Positions 1 to 8,791 of a DNA stretch of 64,000 bases are shown in pieces. Below the pieces are notes generated by a model. The model was not told the DNA's origin and ran no database searches. It saw only the letters and a list, made by a program, of their open reading frames with translations. Source of the DNA: Candidatus Kapaibacterium sp. (GTDB lineage Bacteria; Patescibacteriota; Patescibacteriia; UBA9934); NCBI GenBank assembly GCA_044350705.1, contig JBILHA010000001.1, positions 355,431 to 419,430 on the forward strand, written 5' to 3'. The position numbers and the translations under genes were made by a program. Every line of letters begins with the position of its first letter. Positions within the stretch are counted from its first letter, which is position 1.

Positions 1-1
1 G

Positions 2-1249
2 CGGCTCATTGATGAGTAGTTTTACCTTTCTATCAAGCAAATCGAGGATCGTTGAATTTTCGTTCAGATTTTCAATCGTATCCCAAAGTAATTTAACTAA
101 AAGGATGTCCTTTGTTTCCGCTAATAATTTTTGATTTTTGGCAGTCAATTTTGTCAGTAATGTCTTTTTGCTCGTCTCATTTTTACCGGAAAAATATTTA
201 TTAATATCATCTTTTGTGAGGTCGTGGATTTTATATTCGGTAATATCCTTGAAATATGTTTTTACTTTTACTTTATTGAGACTCCCAGAGCGGCAAGAAA
301 GTATAATTTTTTTGGTATTATCGTCTTTTTCTAGTTCGTACAAATAGGATAAAACATGGTCGGCTTTTTCGGCACTAAGCTCATCTAATCCGTCCATCAA
401 ATAAATAAACCCCAGTTTTTCATTCCTAACTTTGTAATCATTTTGTCTGTTCCGAATAAGGTTTTCTATAGTATCAAAAGTGCAGTTTTTTAAGTTGATT
501 AACATCGGAACGGCTTTGTTTTTCTGTAAGACTTTTTTAATATCGACCAAACTATTCTTATCTAAACCGGAAAATACTTGAAATAATTTGTGTATGGAAA
601 TGCTTTTACCAGAACCAGGATGGCCTGAAAGTAGAAAGTCTTTTTGTTTTGCCTGCAAAATCTTTTTTGTTATGTCTTCAAGTTTTTCTGTTTTTGAGTT
701 AATAAAAGGAAGGTCAATATATTCAGATGACTGCAAAAAAGTTAAAATTCTTGGATCTGAGCAAGATTTTATAAAGCCAAGTTCATCGCTAAAGTCAAAA
801 TAAAGTTGCGCCAAATCAAGATTTGCGGGTTGGTTCAGCGTCGCTCTGAATTTACTATCAACAAACCATTCAATTTTTATTTTCCCCGCCACTTTTTCAA
901 TATCATCCTTATATTTTGGTTGTTCGCTACCAAAAGATTGATGAGTGAAAATTATAATTCGGTTGAGTTTTTTATAATTTTGCCTCGCTTTTTCTACTGA
1001 TTTCTTAATTTGTTCAATGGAACTAGCTTCTGAAATTTTATTATCAAAAAACTTTGCTTGAAACCCCACATATTCATCTTTTTCATGATCAAAAATCGGA
1101 TATGTCTCAAGTCCAACTTGATTATAATCAACCCGTATCCCTTCTGATTTGGAATATCTGCGACAAAACAAAAAATATGCAAGTTCTTCAAAGCTTTTTC
1201 TATAATCCTCGTTCCTTACCTTGAACTTTTCCCAGCTTATTTTTTGCAT
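2..1249 (-). CDS. Mrr-like PD-(D/E)xK nuclease fused to a NACHT/STAND NTPase (Avs4-like N-terminus); partial, runs off the left edge
   Basis: Manual translation from ATG 1249: MQKISWEKFKVRNEDYRKSFEELAYFLFCRRY...NQVGLETYPI...VGFQAKFFD; in-frame Walker A LSGHPGSGKS (~602-631), Walker B FIYLMDGLDE (~380-409), sensor-like IILSCR; no stop seen before the edge. Confidence 0.85.
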   Translation of the reverse strand, partial: MQKISWEKFKVRNEDYRKSFEELAYFLFCRRYSKSEGIRVDYNQVGLETYPIFDHEKDEYVGFQAKFFDNKISEASSIEQIKKSVEKARQNYKKLNRIIIFTHQSFGSEQPKYKDDIEKVAGKIKIEWFVDSKFRATLNQPANLDLAQLYFDFSDELGFIKSCSDPRILTFLQSSEYIDLPFINSKTEKLEDITKKILQAKQKDFLLSGHPGSGKSISIHKLFQVFSGLDKNSLVDIKKVLQKNKAVPMLINLKNCTFDTIENLIRNRQNDYKVRNEKLGFIYLMDGLDELSAEKADHVLSYLYELEKDDNTKKIILSCRSGSLNKVKVKTYFKDITEYKIHDLTKDDINKYFSGKNETSKKTLLTKLTAKNQKLLAETKDILLVKLLWDTIENLNENSTILDLLDRKVKLLINEP

Positions 1250-1282
1250 AATTACAGCGATTTTCTGGATCTCATTGAGTAC

Positions 1283-1321
1283 CTATACTTTACTATTGTT
1301 TACATGCTTAGTAAAGTATAG
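1283..1321. promoter_or_regulatory. Perfect 13-bp inverted repeat between divergent genes (putative operator or divergent promoter)
   Basis: CTATACTTTACTA-N13-TAGTAAAGTATAG between the starts at 1249(-) and 1324(+). Confidence 0.6.
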
Positions 1322-1323
1322 CG

Positions 1324-2133
1324 ATGAATATAACTACACAGGCTGAACAAAAACTCATCGTCCAATTTCAAAAATGGTTTGAAACCGAAGAAATCGAGAC
1401 GAAGGTTTTGGAATTAAGGCAACAGATTGGGATACCATCCGAGGGTATTCCCATTACCGACGAAGATTTGAAGCAAATCGGTAGCTTGACCCTAACTCCA
1501 CAAAATCTACCATTCACAGAACGTAGAAAAGTAACCAAGTGTCTTCGTGAATGCTTCGCTGGCACGAGGGAATTTTTAGAAGCACGGCCGCTATTGAATA
1601 ACATGTATTTCAAGCATGTTCTACGGGCATATATCTTGTTTAATAAATTTCTGCTCGATGATGTACGCGCGGCGTTACCAATCGCTCTAAGACTCACGAA
1701 CTTGTGCGACATTAACGATGCGAAGGAAAATATTGAAGAGTATCTTGGTGCTGAAGAAGAGGAATGCAACGATCCAGAGATGCGAGAAATGTATATCGAT
1801 TCGCAAAGATCATTAACCGATCTTTTTCCAATTGCACTTAACATTCATCCAGAGTCAAGTCAACGAGATATTGTTGATTTCATCAAGAAAAACTGGCCAT
1901 ACATTAAAGCTCTACAAGAACGGCGAAAGAACGAAAACTCCAGAGTTCTTCACTCGCGAACCAAAATTAACGAATCAGTTAAAGAACGGAATAAATTGAT
2001 AAACACATGGCACAAAGATGGAATGCGCACTAAGGACATAAGGAAAAAGCTTGCAAGTCAACACCTATTCTTAGATGACGGTCACATTTTGAAGATAATT
2101 TCGATGGCGCGGAAGAAGCGTGAAGGGAAGTGA
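1324..2133 (+). CDS. Hypothetical protein with possible C-terminal HTH
   Basis: 269-aa ORF; basic C-terminus ERNKLINTWHKDGMRTKDIRKKL resembles an HTH. Confidence 0.6.
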   Translation: MNITTQAEQKLIVQFQKWFETEEIETKVLELRQQIGIPSEGIPITDEDLKQIGSLTLTPQNLPFTERRKVTKCLRECFAGTREFLEARPLLNNMYFKHVLRAYILFNKFLLDDVRAALPIALRLTNLCDINDAKENIEEYLGAEEEECNDPEMREMYIDSQRSLTDLFPIALNIHPESSQRDIVDFIKKNWPYIKALQERRKNENSRVLHSRTKINESVKERNKLINTWHKDGMRTKDIRKKLASQHLFLDDGHILKIISMARKKREGK

Positions 2134-2219
2134 GGTGCAGATAGATTCTGAGCGTCACTTTTTTCTTAGATAAACCATTGTTAACCGGAATAAGCTGAGT
2201 GCAAATGCACTTGGCTTTT

Positions 2220-2357
2220 ATGCTAGAGGATCAAAACTTAAAACCAATCGAAGAGGAGGCGTCAATGCCAGAACTTCCCGAGATAGAAAATCTCGTCGGG
2301 TTTTTTGATCTTCTCATTACAGTCGACAGGCGACTTAACCCTGAACGATATGATTGA
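2220..2357 (+). CDS. Small hypothetical protein (45 aa) overlapping the rep start
   Basis: MLEDQNLKPIEEEASMPELPEIENLVGFFDLLITVDRRLNPERYD; TATG start; stop overlaps the first codons of the next gene; below the ORF-track cutoff. Confidence 0.55.
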   Translation: MLEDQNLKPIEEEASMPELPEIENLVGFFDLLITVDRRLNPERYD

Positions 2358-3468
2358 TACCGTCTGTCTTTCTTTGCCATACAACAGCCTTGTACTTCTT
2401 GATGAAAACAATGAAGCCGTCCCGCAATGGGATCTACAATCTAAGACTGATAATTACTCAAAGTATGTTAGGAATCCTTCCAAGGCTGATAAGCGATCGG
2501 GGCTGTATTTTCCTCGTCTCACGATTTATCGACGTAGATTCGGTCAACAGCCGAGTGTTAAGATTGAGTTTTCTGTTCCAAAGTTAATTTTTAACAACAA
2601 CTTAGAAGAACTATCTGACAAGTACTTTGATCAAGTGATCGATATTTTACAGGAACGACTTCAAAAAATGGGCGTTCGTGTTTTTAAACAGGTTTTAGCC
2701 TCAGCTCCAATTTCAACAATACACTTTTCAAAAAACTTTTCTCTGAGTGATGGTTATACGGCGAGTTACGTTATTTCGGAGTTACAAAAAATCGATTTGA
2801 GAAAGAGTTTCGATTTTGCCAGAGCTAGGTATATCAACAATGGCCAAAGCATCTGTGCCCACACACGGTCACACGAGCTAGTAATCTACGACAAGATCGC
2901 TGATCTTGGCAAAACAAAGAAACGTGCAATAGACAAAGATCAAACAGCGATTCAACTTAGTCTCTTCGACTCCTTGAAATCAAAATATGAATTGGTAGAG
3001 GTTCTCCGTGTTGAAGTGCGTTTATGCAACAAACAGAAAATTAACAGCATCTTCAAGAAGCTGAATATTCCACAAGACCCCACATTTCAAGACGCATTCA
3101 GTAGCAAGGTAAGCAAGGCGGTCATCGATCAGTATTGGGAGTCTGTTGTTAAGGCGGGTCAGATTGCTCTATTCGCAATTGATAAGCCAGCGAAGGAGCT
3201 TTTACGAGAAATGTGCAGAGGGGATCCCAATTTAAAACCCAAGCAAGCGATCTACCAGGTCGGGTTAACGTTACTCGCCAAGGATGGTGACGGATTAACT
3301 GAGCTAAGAAGTATATTTGACGATCGGACAAACGACCGAAGCTGGTACCGAATCAAAAATGATTTCAACCAAATATCCGCCAACATCACTTCGCAACAGA
3401 TCCGCAGCTGGGTAAATCAAATAGAGAAACAGATCAGAACTTATTCACCCATAAAAGTAATAAAATAA
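2350..3468 (+). CDS. Phage/plasmid rolling-circle replication initiator-like protein (gene II/X, Rep_trans-type)
   Basis: MIDT start, KIEFSVPKLIFNNN, ELVIYDK and EVLRVEVRL motifs typical of Phage_CRI/Rep_trans initiators. Confidence 0.7.
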   Translation: MIDTVCLSLPYNSLVLLDENNEAVPQWDLQSKTDNYSKYVRNPSKADKRSGLYFPRLTIYRRRFGQQPSVKIEFSVPKLIFNNNLEELSDKYFDQVIDILQERLQKMGVRVFKQVLASAPISTIHFSKNFSLSDGYTASYVISELQKIDLRKSFDFARARYINNGQSICAHTRSHELVIYDKIADLGKTKKRAIDKDQTAIQLSLFDSLKSKYELVEVLRVEVRLCNKQKINSIFKKLNIPQDPTFQDAFSSKVSKAVIDQYWESVVKAGQIALFAIDKPAKELLREMCRGDPNLKPKQAIYQVGLTLLAKDGDGLTELRSIFDDRTNDRSWYRIKNDFNQISANITSQQIRSWVNQIEKQIRTYSPIKVIK

Positions 3469-3469
3469 T

Positions 3470-3733
3470 ATGGACTGGTTATACATAATTTGGACAGAAA
3501 CATTTCAGCAATTCGCATCGGATAATCTTGGAAGAGAATTGACTGATATTGAGTTAAATCGACTTAGAGTGGCGTTTATTGATAACGACGACGCACAATG
3601 GCAAGTGGCAGATATGATGTATAGCGCTGGAATAGATGCAATGAACAACGCAAGAGGACGATGGAATTTGGTTGATGAAGGTTTCAAGAATGGAAAGTCG
3701 TTGTTTGGTAATTTGATATGTAAAGAAAAGTAA
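3470..3733 (+). CDS. Hypothetical protein
   Basis: 87-aa ORF tightly packed between rep and xis; TATG start. Confidence 0.6.
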   Translation: MDWLYIIWTETFQQFASDNLGRELTDIELNRLRVAFIDNDDAQWQVADMMYSAGIDAMNNARGRWNLVDEGFKNGKSLFGNLICKEK

Positions 3734-3736
3734 AGT

Positions 3737-3931
3737 ATGATGAGTGTAGATATGAGCGATCAACAAGGAAAGTTTTACAAGGCCGAAGAACTTGCAGAGA
3801 TGTTGCAGGTAAATATTATGACGATTTACCGCTACATTAAGTCTGGCAAACTTCAAGCATACAAAATTGGCAAGGAATACAGGATTGATAAAAAGACGTT
3901 TGATCAGTTTTTAAAAAGCGTAAGAACATAG
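3737..3931 (+). CDS. Excisionase-family HTH (HTH_17) DNA-binding protein
   Basis: FYKAEELAEMLQVNIMTIYRYIKSGKLQAYKIGKEYRI. Confidence 0.9.
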   Translation: MMSVDMSDQQGKFYKAEELAEMLQVNIMTIYRYIKSGKLQAYKIGKEYRIDKKTFDQFLKSVRT

Positions 3932-3933
3932 AT

Positions 3934-5502
3934 ATGAAGGCAGTTATTCTTGCACGAGTGTCCACCGAAGAACAAAAGGATGCTGGTAATTCACTTCCAG
4001 CACAGATTCAACGCATTGAATCCTACTGCAGGCGTCAGGGGTTTGAAGTCGTTGAAACGTTCAGCTTCGATGAGAGTGCCTACAAAACTAAGCGTGACGA
4101 ATTCGATAAGATCATTGAATTCCTAAAACAAACGGACGAGAAAATCGTCGTTTGTTTCGATAAGGTCGATCGACTATCACGCAACGTCTTTGACAAGCGA
4201 GTATCCGAACTGTACGAAAAGGCTGTCTCAGATGAGATTGAACTTCACTTCGTGTCCGATGGACAAGTGATCAATAGCCAGATGTCAGCTGTTGAGAAGT
4301 TTCAATTTGGAATGAGCTTGGGATTGGCAAAGTATTACTCAGACGCTATCAGCGACAATGTGCGGCGAGCGTTCGAACAGAAGCGACGTAAAGGCGAAGT
4401 GACTGGTCGATGCGTTCTTGGATATATTAATATTGACGACTTTGAAGGAAACAAATCACTAAAGCCTGATCAGAAGCGTGCGCATCTTATTGTAAAAATC
4501 TTTGAGCTATATTCGACTGGCCTATACTCGATAAAAACCATTCAACAGAAAATCACTCAGCTTGGTTTGTTGAGTCGTGCTGGAAAAGAGTTGACGAAAA
4601 GTACTATAGAACGAATTTTGAATGAGTCGTTTTACTACGGCATGTCTTACTCTCAGAAATATAACGCCTATTATCCGCACAAGTACGAAACGCTGATCAG
4701 TAAGGCTCTCTTCGATAAGTGCCAGCACGTAAAGCTTAAGCGTAAAAAAGCCCCTAGTAAAAACATCGACAAGGATTTTATCCTTGCGGGCTTACTGACT
4801 TGCGAGCATTGCGGATGCACGATCTCGCCCGAGTTCAAACGTAAACCAAGCGGTAAGACCTACAAACTGTATAGCTGCACGAACTCTAAAGGAATCTGTA
4901 AACGTCGTTACGTCAATGAGGATGATCTGCTTAAGCCGATCTATGGCATTTTCGATCTCTTCGAGCAGATTACCGACGAAATTCAGAACCGCCTCATAGA
5001 CGAACTGCGCAAGACCTCTGAAGCTGAGCTTGCATTCCACAAATCTCAGATCGCTCGCATCCAAATGGAGCATGGCAAGCTGACGGATAGGAAGAGCCGA
5101 TTGCTCGACGCCTTCCTCGATCAGAGTATTACTAAGCCAGATTATGACAAAAAGTTGCAAGAGATCATGGACCGCATCCAAACACTTGCCATGGAAATCG
5201 AAGAACATTCTCGAGCAGACCATGATTACAAAACGACGGTAGCCACGGTACTTTCCGTGGCTCGTCGTGCCAATGAAATCTTTGAAGGTGCTGAATTGCA
5301 CGAGAAACGTGAATTCATCAATTTCCTCGTTCAGAACCCGAAATTAAAGGATAGGGAATTGGTCTTCGAGCTGAAACATCCAATGAATACGGTACTAGAA
5401 TTGGCTCACTACTCATCCCAAAAACAAAAAGCGACCAGTATTTCTACTGATCGACCTTCTTGGCTCCGGGGCTGGGGCTCGAACCCAGGACCAATTGGTT
5501 AA
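3934..5502 (+). CDS. Large serine recombinase/integrase
   Basis: ARVSTEEQ catalytic Ser, DKVDRLSRN, recombinase domain, Zn ribbon (CEHCG...C...C), coiled coil; last codons read antisense through the tRNA. Confidence 0.95.
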   Translation: MKAVILARVSTEEQKDAGNSLPAQIQRIESYCRRQGFEVVETFSFDESAYKTKRDEFDKIIEFLKQTDEKIVVCFDKVDRLSRNVFDKRVSELYEKAVSDEIELHFVSDGQVINSQMSAVEKFQFGMSLGLAKYYSDAISDNVRRAFEQKRRKGEVTGRCVLGYINIDDFEGNKSLKPDQKRAHLIVKIFELYSTGLYSIKTIQQKITQLGLLSRAGKELTKSTIERILNESFYYGMSYSQKYNAYYPHKYETLISKALFDKCQHVKLKRKKAPSKNIDKDFILAGLLTCEHCGCTISPEFKRKPSGKTYKLYSCTNSKGICKRRYVNEDDLLKPIYGIFDLFEQITDEIQNRLIDELRKTSEAELAFHKSQIARIQMEHGKLTDRKSRLLDAFLDQSITKPDYDKKLQEIMDRIQTLAMEIEEHSRADHDYKTTVATVLSVARRANEIFEGAELHEKREFINFLVQNPKLKDRELVFELKHPMNTVLELAHYSSQKQKATSISTDRPSWLRGWGSNPGPIG

Positions 5503-5535
5503 CAGCCAACTGCTCTACCACTGAGCTACCCCGGA
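5461..5535 (-). tRNA. tRNA-Asn (GTT)
   Basis: TCCGGGGTAGCTCAGTGGTAGAGCAGTTGGCTGTTAACCAATTGGTCCTGGGTTCGAGCCCCAGCCCCGGAGCCA; cloverleaf, GTT anticodon, encoded CCA. Confidence 0.97.
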
Positions 5536-5715
5536 ATAGAAAGTTTTGTAACGGGACATAGGATAACAAATGCTCCTTTCTCGTGCAAGGTGAAGATGGG
5601 AAGAAAATATTTCTCTGCGTCGCTTTGCGATGTGATCGCCTATGGTTTGAGGATGTTTGAGGCAGAAACAAAAAAACAAGCCAGTAAAGGTTTGCTTTTT
5701 TGGGGAGCGGTTTGC

Positions 5716-5853
5716 TTACTTTGCGTTTGCAGTAGCTTCCAATTTGCGCATGCGGATTGCCTTTGCCTTGCGGCGTTTTGCAAATCCGTCTTCACGCTTG
5801 ATGGCAAAAGCGGCATTTTGCGCTTTGCGGGAAAGTTTATGGCGGGATGGCAT
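5716..5853 (-). CDS. Small very basic protein (45 aa)
   Basis: MPSRHKLSRKAQNAAFAIKREDGFAKRRKAKAIRMRKLEATANAK; TATG start, upstream TTGACC-17-TAGTAT, downstream hairpin plus T-tract. Confidence 0.7.
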   Translation of the reverse strand: MPSRHKLSRKAQNAAFAIKREDGFAKRRKAKAIRMRKLEATANAK

Positions 5854-5971
5854 AAGAGGTAAAAACAATGCAAAGATACTACTTTATTCACCAACTTTGG
5901 TCAAATCTTTCCAAGAGTTTATGGGGAAAAGTGCTTGACGGAATGTCATTTCTTCGCCAAAACAGGGACAT

Positions 5972-7468
5972 ATGCATATTGCCGTTTCAAAAGGCCGTCT
6001 CTCGCAAAGCGGTGCTGAGGTGTTGGTTGTTCCGGTTCTTTCGGGAAAGAGCTTGGCGGGAATTCCGGTATTAGGAAATGATGCGCTGCGACGCGCGGAA
6101 CGTCTGGCAAAGGCGCAGGATTTTACGGGAAAGGCAGGTGAGGTTCTTTCCCTTCCGGCACCTGAAGGGCATGGCGCTGATGTACTGTTGTGTATTGGGG
6201 TGGGAGAGAAGCGTTCCGCATCTTTTTTGGATGCAGTCCGAGATATGGGCGGGAATGCGGTGCAGGTTGCAAAAAAGATGGGCCTTCGTACGATTGCTGC
6301 TGATTTCTCTGCGAAGGAAATGATGCATGCGGATGCGGTGGAAGCTTTTGTGACCGGTATTCTTTTAACGAATTATGCGTTTGATGCGTATAAAAAACAA
6401 AATGGCGCTAAGCGTGTTGCGGAGGTAGATATCCTGCTCCCGGATAGTCGCATGACGCTTGTGCTCCGCAAAACCATCGAGCGTGTCCAGGGGGTGATGG
6501 CGGGCGTGAATATCGCGCGCGATCTCGTTAATATCCCCGCGCATGACATGACACCTGAGCGTTTGGCGGAAGCTGCACAAGAAATTGCAAAAGAATCCGG
6601 AGGAACGATTAAAGTAAAGGTCCTTGAACGTGCGGAGTGTCAGAAGCTGGGTATGGGCGCCTATCTTGCGGTTGCGCAGGGTGCTGATCGTGATCCAAAG
6701 TTCATCACGCTTTCTTATACTTCTCCGCGTCCTGCAAAAAAGAATGTTGCGGTTATTGGAAAGGGAGTGACGTTTGATTCGGGGGGATTATCCATTAAAC
6801 CTGCGGATAGCATGATGACCATGAAGTGTGACATGGCAGGTGCCGCAGCGGTGATCGGATTGTTTGCGGTACTCGGCAAACTCCGTCCTCGGGTAAACAT
6901 TCGTGGGTATATCGCGGCAACGGAAAATATGCCTTCCGGAAACGCGGTTCGCCCAGGGGATGTGGTCCGCTCCATGTCAGGCAAAACGATTGAAGTGCTC
7001 AATACGGATGCAGAAGGTCGTCTCACGCTTGCGGATGCGCTTACCTATGCGTTGCGCGAAAAGCCGGACATGATGGTTGATCTTGCTACTCTTACCGGTG
7101 CTTGTATGGTAGGACTTGGAGAAGAGATCGCAGGTCTCATGTCAAATGATCGCGGTCTTGCGAAGGATGTACTCAAGAGCGCGAAAGATGCGGGAGAGAA
7201 GTTGTGGGAAATGCCGCTTGAACCGCGCTACCAGCAACTGATTCAAAGTGATATTGCTGATTTGCGGAATATTGCAACCAGCAGATATGGAGGATCGCTG
7301 ACCGCTGGACTCTTTTTGCAAGAATTTGTGGAGGAGACGCCATGGGCGCATCTTGATATCGCAGGTCCTGCGTTTGCGGAGCGACCCATGGGCGTATGTC
7401 TTCAGAAGGGCGCTACGGGATATGGAGTACGGACGCTTTGGAAGTGGGTTGAGGGGATGGGGAAGTAG
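5972..7468 (+). CDS. pepA: Leucyl aminopeptidase (M17)
   Basis: GKGVTFDSGGLSIK, MKCDMAGAA, NTDAEGRL, DLATLTGA, WAHLDIAG. Confidence 0.96.
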   Translation: MHIAVSKGRLSQSGAEVLVVPVLSGKSLAGIPVLGNDALRRAERLAKAQDFTGKAGEVLSLPAPEGHGADVLLCIGVGEKRSASFLDAVRDMGGNAVQVAKKMGLRTIAADFSAKEMMHADAVEAFVTGILLTNYAFDAYKKQNGAKRVAEVDILLPDSRMTLVLRKTIERVQGVMAGVNIARDLVNIPAHDMTPERLAEAAQEIAKESGGTIKVKVLERAECQKLGMGAYLAVAQGADRDPKFITLSYTSPRPAKKNVAVIGKGVTFDSGGLSIKPADSMMTMKCDMAGAAAVIGLFAVLGKLRPRVNIRGYIAATENMPSGNAVRPGDVVRSMSGKTIEVLNTDAEGRLTLADALTYALREKPDMMVDLATLTGACMVGLGEEIAGLMSNDRGLAKDVLKSAKDAGEKLWEMPLEPRYQQLIQSDIADLRNIATSRYGGSLTAGLFLQEFVEETPWAHLDIAGPAFAERPMGVCLQKGATGYGVRTLWKWVEGMGK

Positions 7469-7529
7469 TTGGGTTGAAGAAAAGAGACTTTCGACGTATG
7501 CTGTCTTTAGTCTTTTTTCTTATCTTGTT

Positions 7530-8765
7530 ATGCATCCTGTCTTCAAAAATACGTACGTTTTTACGGCTATTGGTGCCATTGTCCTTGGCGCACTTCTTTA
7601 TGGAGGGAAGCAGTATCTTGCTGCGCGTGAGCTCGCACGTCTTGAGGAAAATCGTATCGAAGGTGGATGGTATGAGACGCCGGTTTCTTTTGAGGGAGCA
7701 TGGCACCTCGTTCCTCCGGGTGAGATTTATTCTTCTGGTATTGAGGAGGGGGATATTCCTGCGCTCACACAGCCAAATCTCATGAGCGTTGATGAAGCGG
7801 ACGACGTTATTGCTGATGACCTTGGAGGTATCGCGGTAGAAATCCAGGGCAAGCATCGCTTTTATCCGGTGCAGATCATGAATTGGCACGAAGTCGTGCA
7901 CGATACCATTGGTGGGGAATCCGTTTTGGTGTACTACGGACCGCTTACCGGAGCTGCGGCAGTGTATCGGCTTCCAGAAAATATGCGTTTTGTGGTGAGT
8001 GGTCGTGGGTATAACAACGATATCCTTTTGAAACAGGAAGGTACTGAGACCCTTTGGTCCGGCATTTTGGGTATGCCTGTTGTAAGCAGCCGTGAAGCTG
8101 ACCTTGATGCATCTCTTGAGCGCCTTCCATCTTCTTTCATGACTTGGAAGGAATGGCGTGATGCACATCCCGATGGAACGGTTCTTTCTACGGATACCGG
8201 GCATGCGCGCGACTATACACGTCATCCTTACGGAAATTATGAAAATTCCGTTGGCGTATATTTCCCGGTAAATCGTACGACCTATTCCGTTCGTGCAAAA
8301 GAACCTGCATATCTTGTGCAAAGCGAAGGTGCATTTGGTGTTTTTGTTAAAACTGCAACGATACTTGATGAAACTCCGTCGGTTCTTCTTGGAGATGCCT
8401 GTATTGTTGGCTTGCATGAAGCATCTGGCTCGCAAATTTTCTTGTATTCTTGTGAAGTGAATGGCCGTACGCTTACGTTCCGTCGTGTTGAACCGGGTGT
8501 ATTTACCGATGAAGAAACGGGTTCTCGTTGGAATGCATCGGGCCGCGCAGTATCCGGTGAACTTACGGGTGCGCAACTTACCGTTGTTCCTTCAGTACGC
8601 TTGTATAGTTTTATTGCCGATGCATTGTTCCCTCAAGCGGTAATTGCGGGTGAGGAATTTGTACTTCCGCAAACACTTTCTGAAGATGAAATTTCCTCCG
8701 CTGATAATGCTCCGGTTATAGAAGGAGAGAATGTTGATGGTGCAACGGTTGAAGTTGTTCAGTAG
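7530..8765 (+). CDS. DUF3179-family membrane-anchored protein
   Basis: N-terminal TM; DIPALTQP, NWHEVVHD, TWKEWRDAHPD, DEETGSRWN..GRAVSGELTG. Confidence 0.8.
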   Translation: MHPVFKNTYVFTAIGAIVLGALLYGGKQYLAARELARLEENRIEGGWYETPVSFEGAWHLVPPGEIYSSGIEEGDIPALTQPNLMSVDEADDVIADDLGGIAVEIQGKHRFYPVQIMNWHEVVHDTIGGESVLVYYGPLTGAAAVYRLPENMRFVVSGRGYNNDILLKQEGTETLWSGILGMPVVSSREADLDASLERLPSSFMTWKEWRDAHPDGTVLSTDTGHARDYTRHPYGNYENSVGVYFPVNRTTYSVRAKEPAYLVQSEGAFGVFVKTATILDETPSVLLGDACIVGLHEASGSQIFLYSCEVNGRTLTFRRVEPGVFTDEETGSRWNASGRAVSGELTGAQLTVVPSVRLYSFIADALFPQAVIAGEEFVLPQTLSEDEISSADNAPVIEGENVDGATVEVVQ

Positions 8766-8791
8766 CGCTTAAGAGCAGAATGTATACCTGT

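Larger units (their letters stand above)
1..5502. mobile_element. Integrative element (right end) inserted at the 3' end of tRNA-Asn; left boundary lies outside the window
   Basis: AT-rich block with Rep-like, excisionase-like and serine recombinase genes ending at the tRNA 3' end; composition and gene content switch to housekeeping beyond the tRNA. Confidence 0.85.

Noticed and set aside
138-1191. Short ORF-track calls at the left edge
   Set aside because: All overlap the long minus-strand nuclease-NACHT frame
1-5502. Prophage
   Set aside because: No structural, terminase or lysis genes in view; the left part of the element is outside the window
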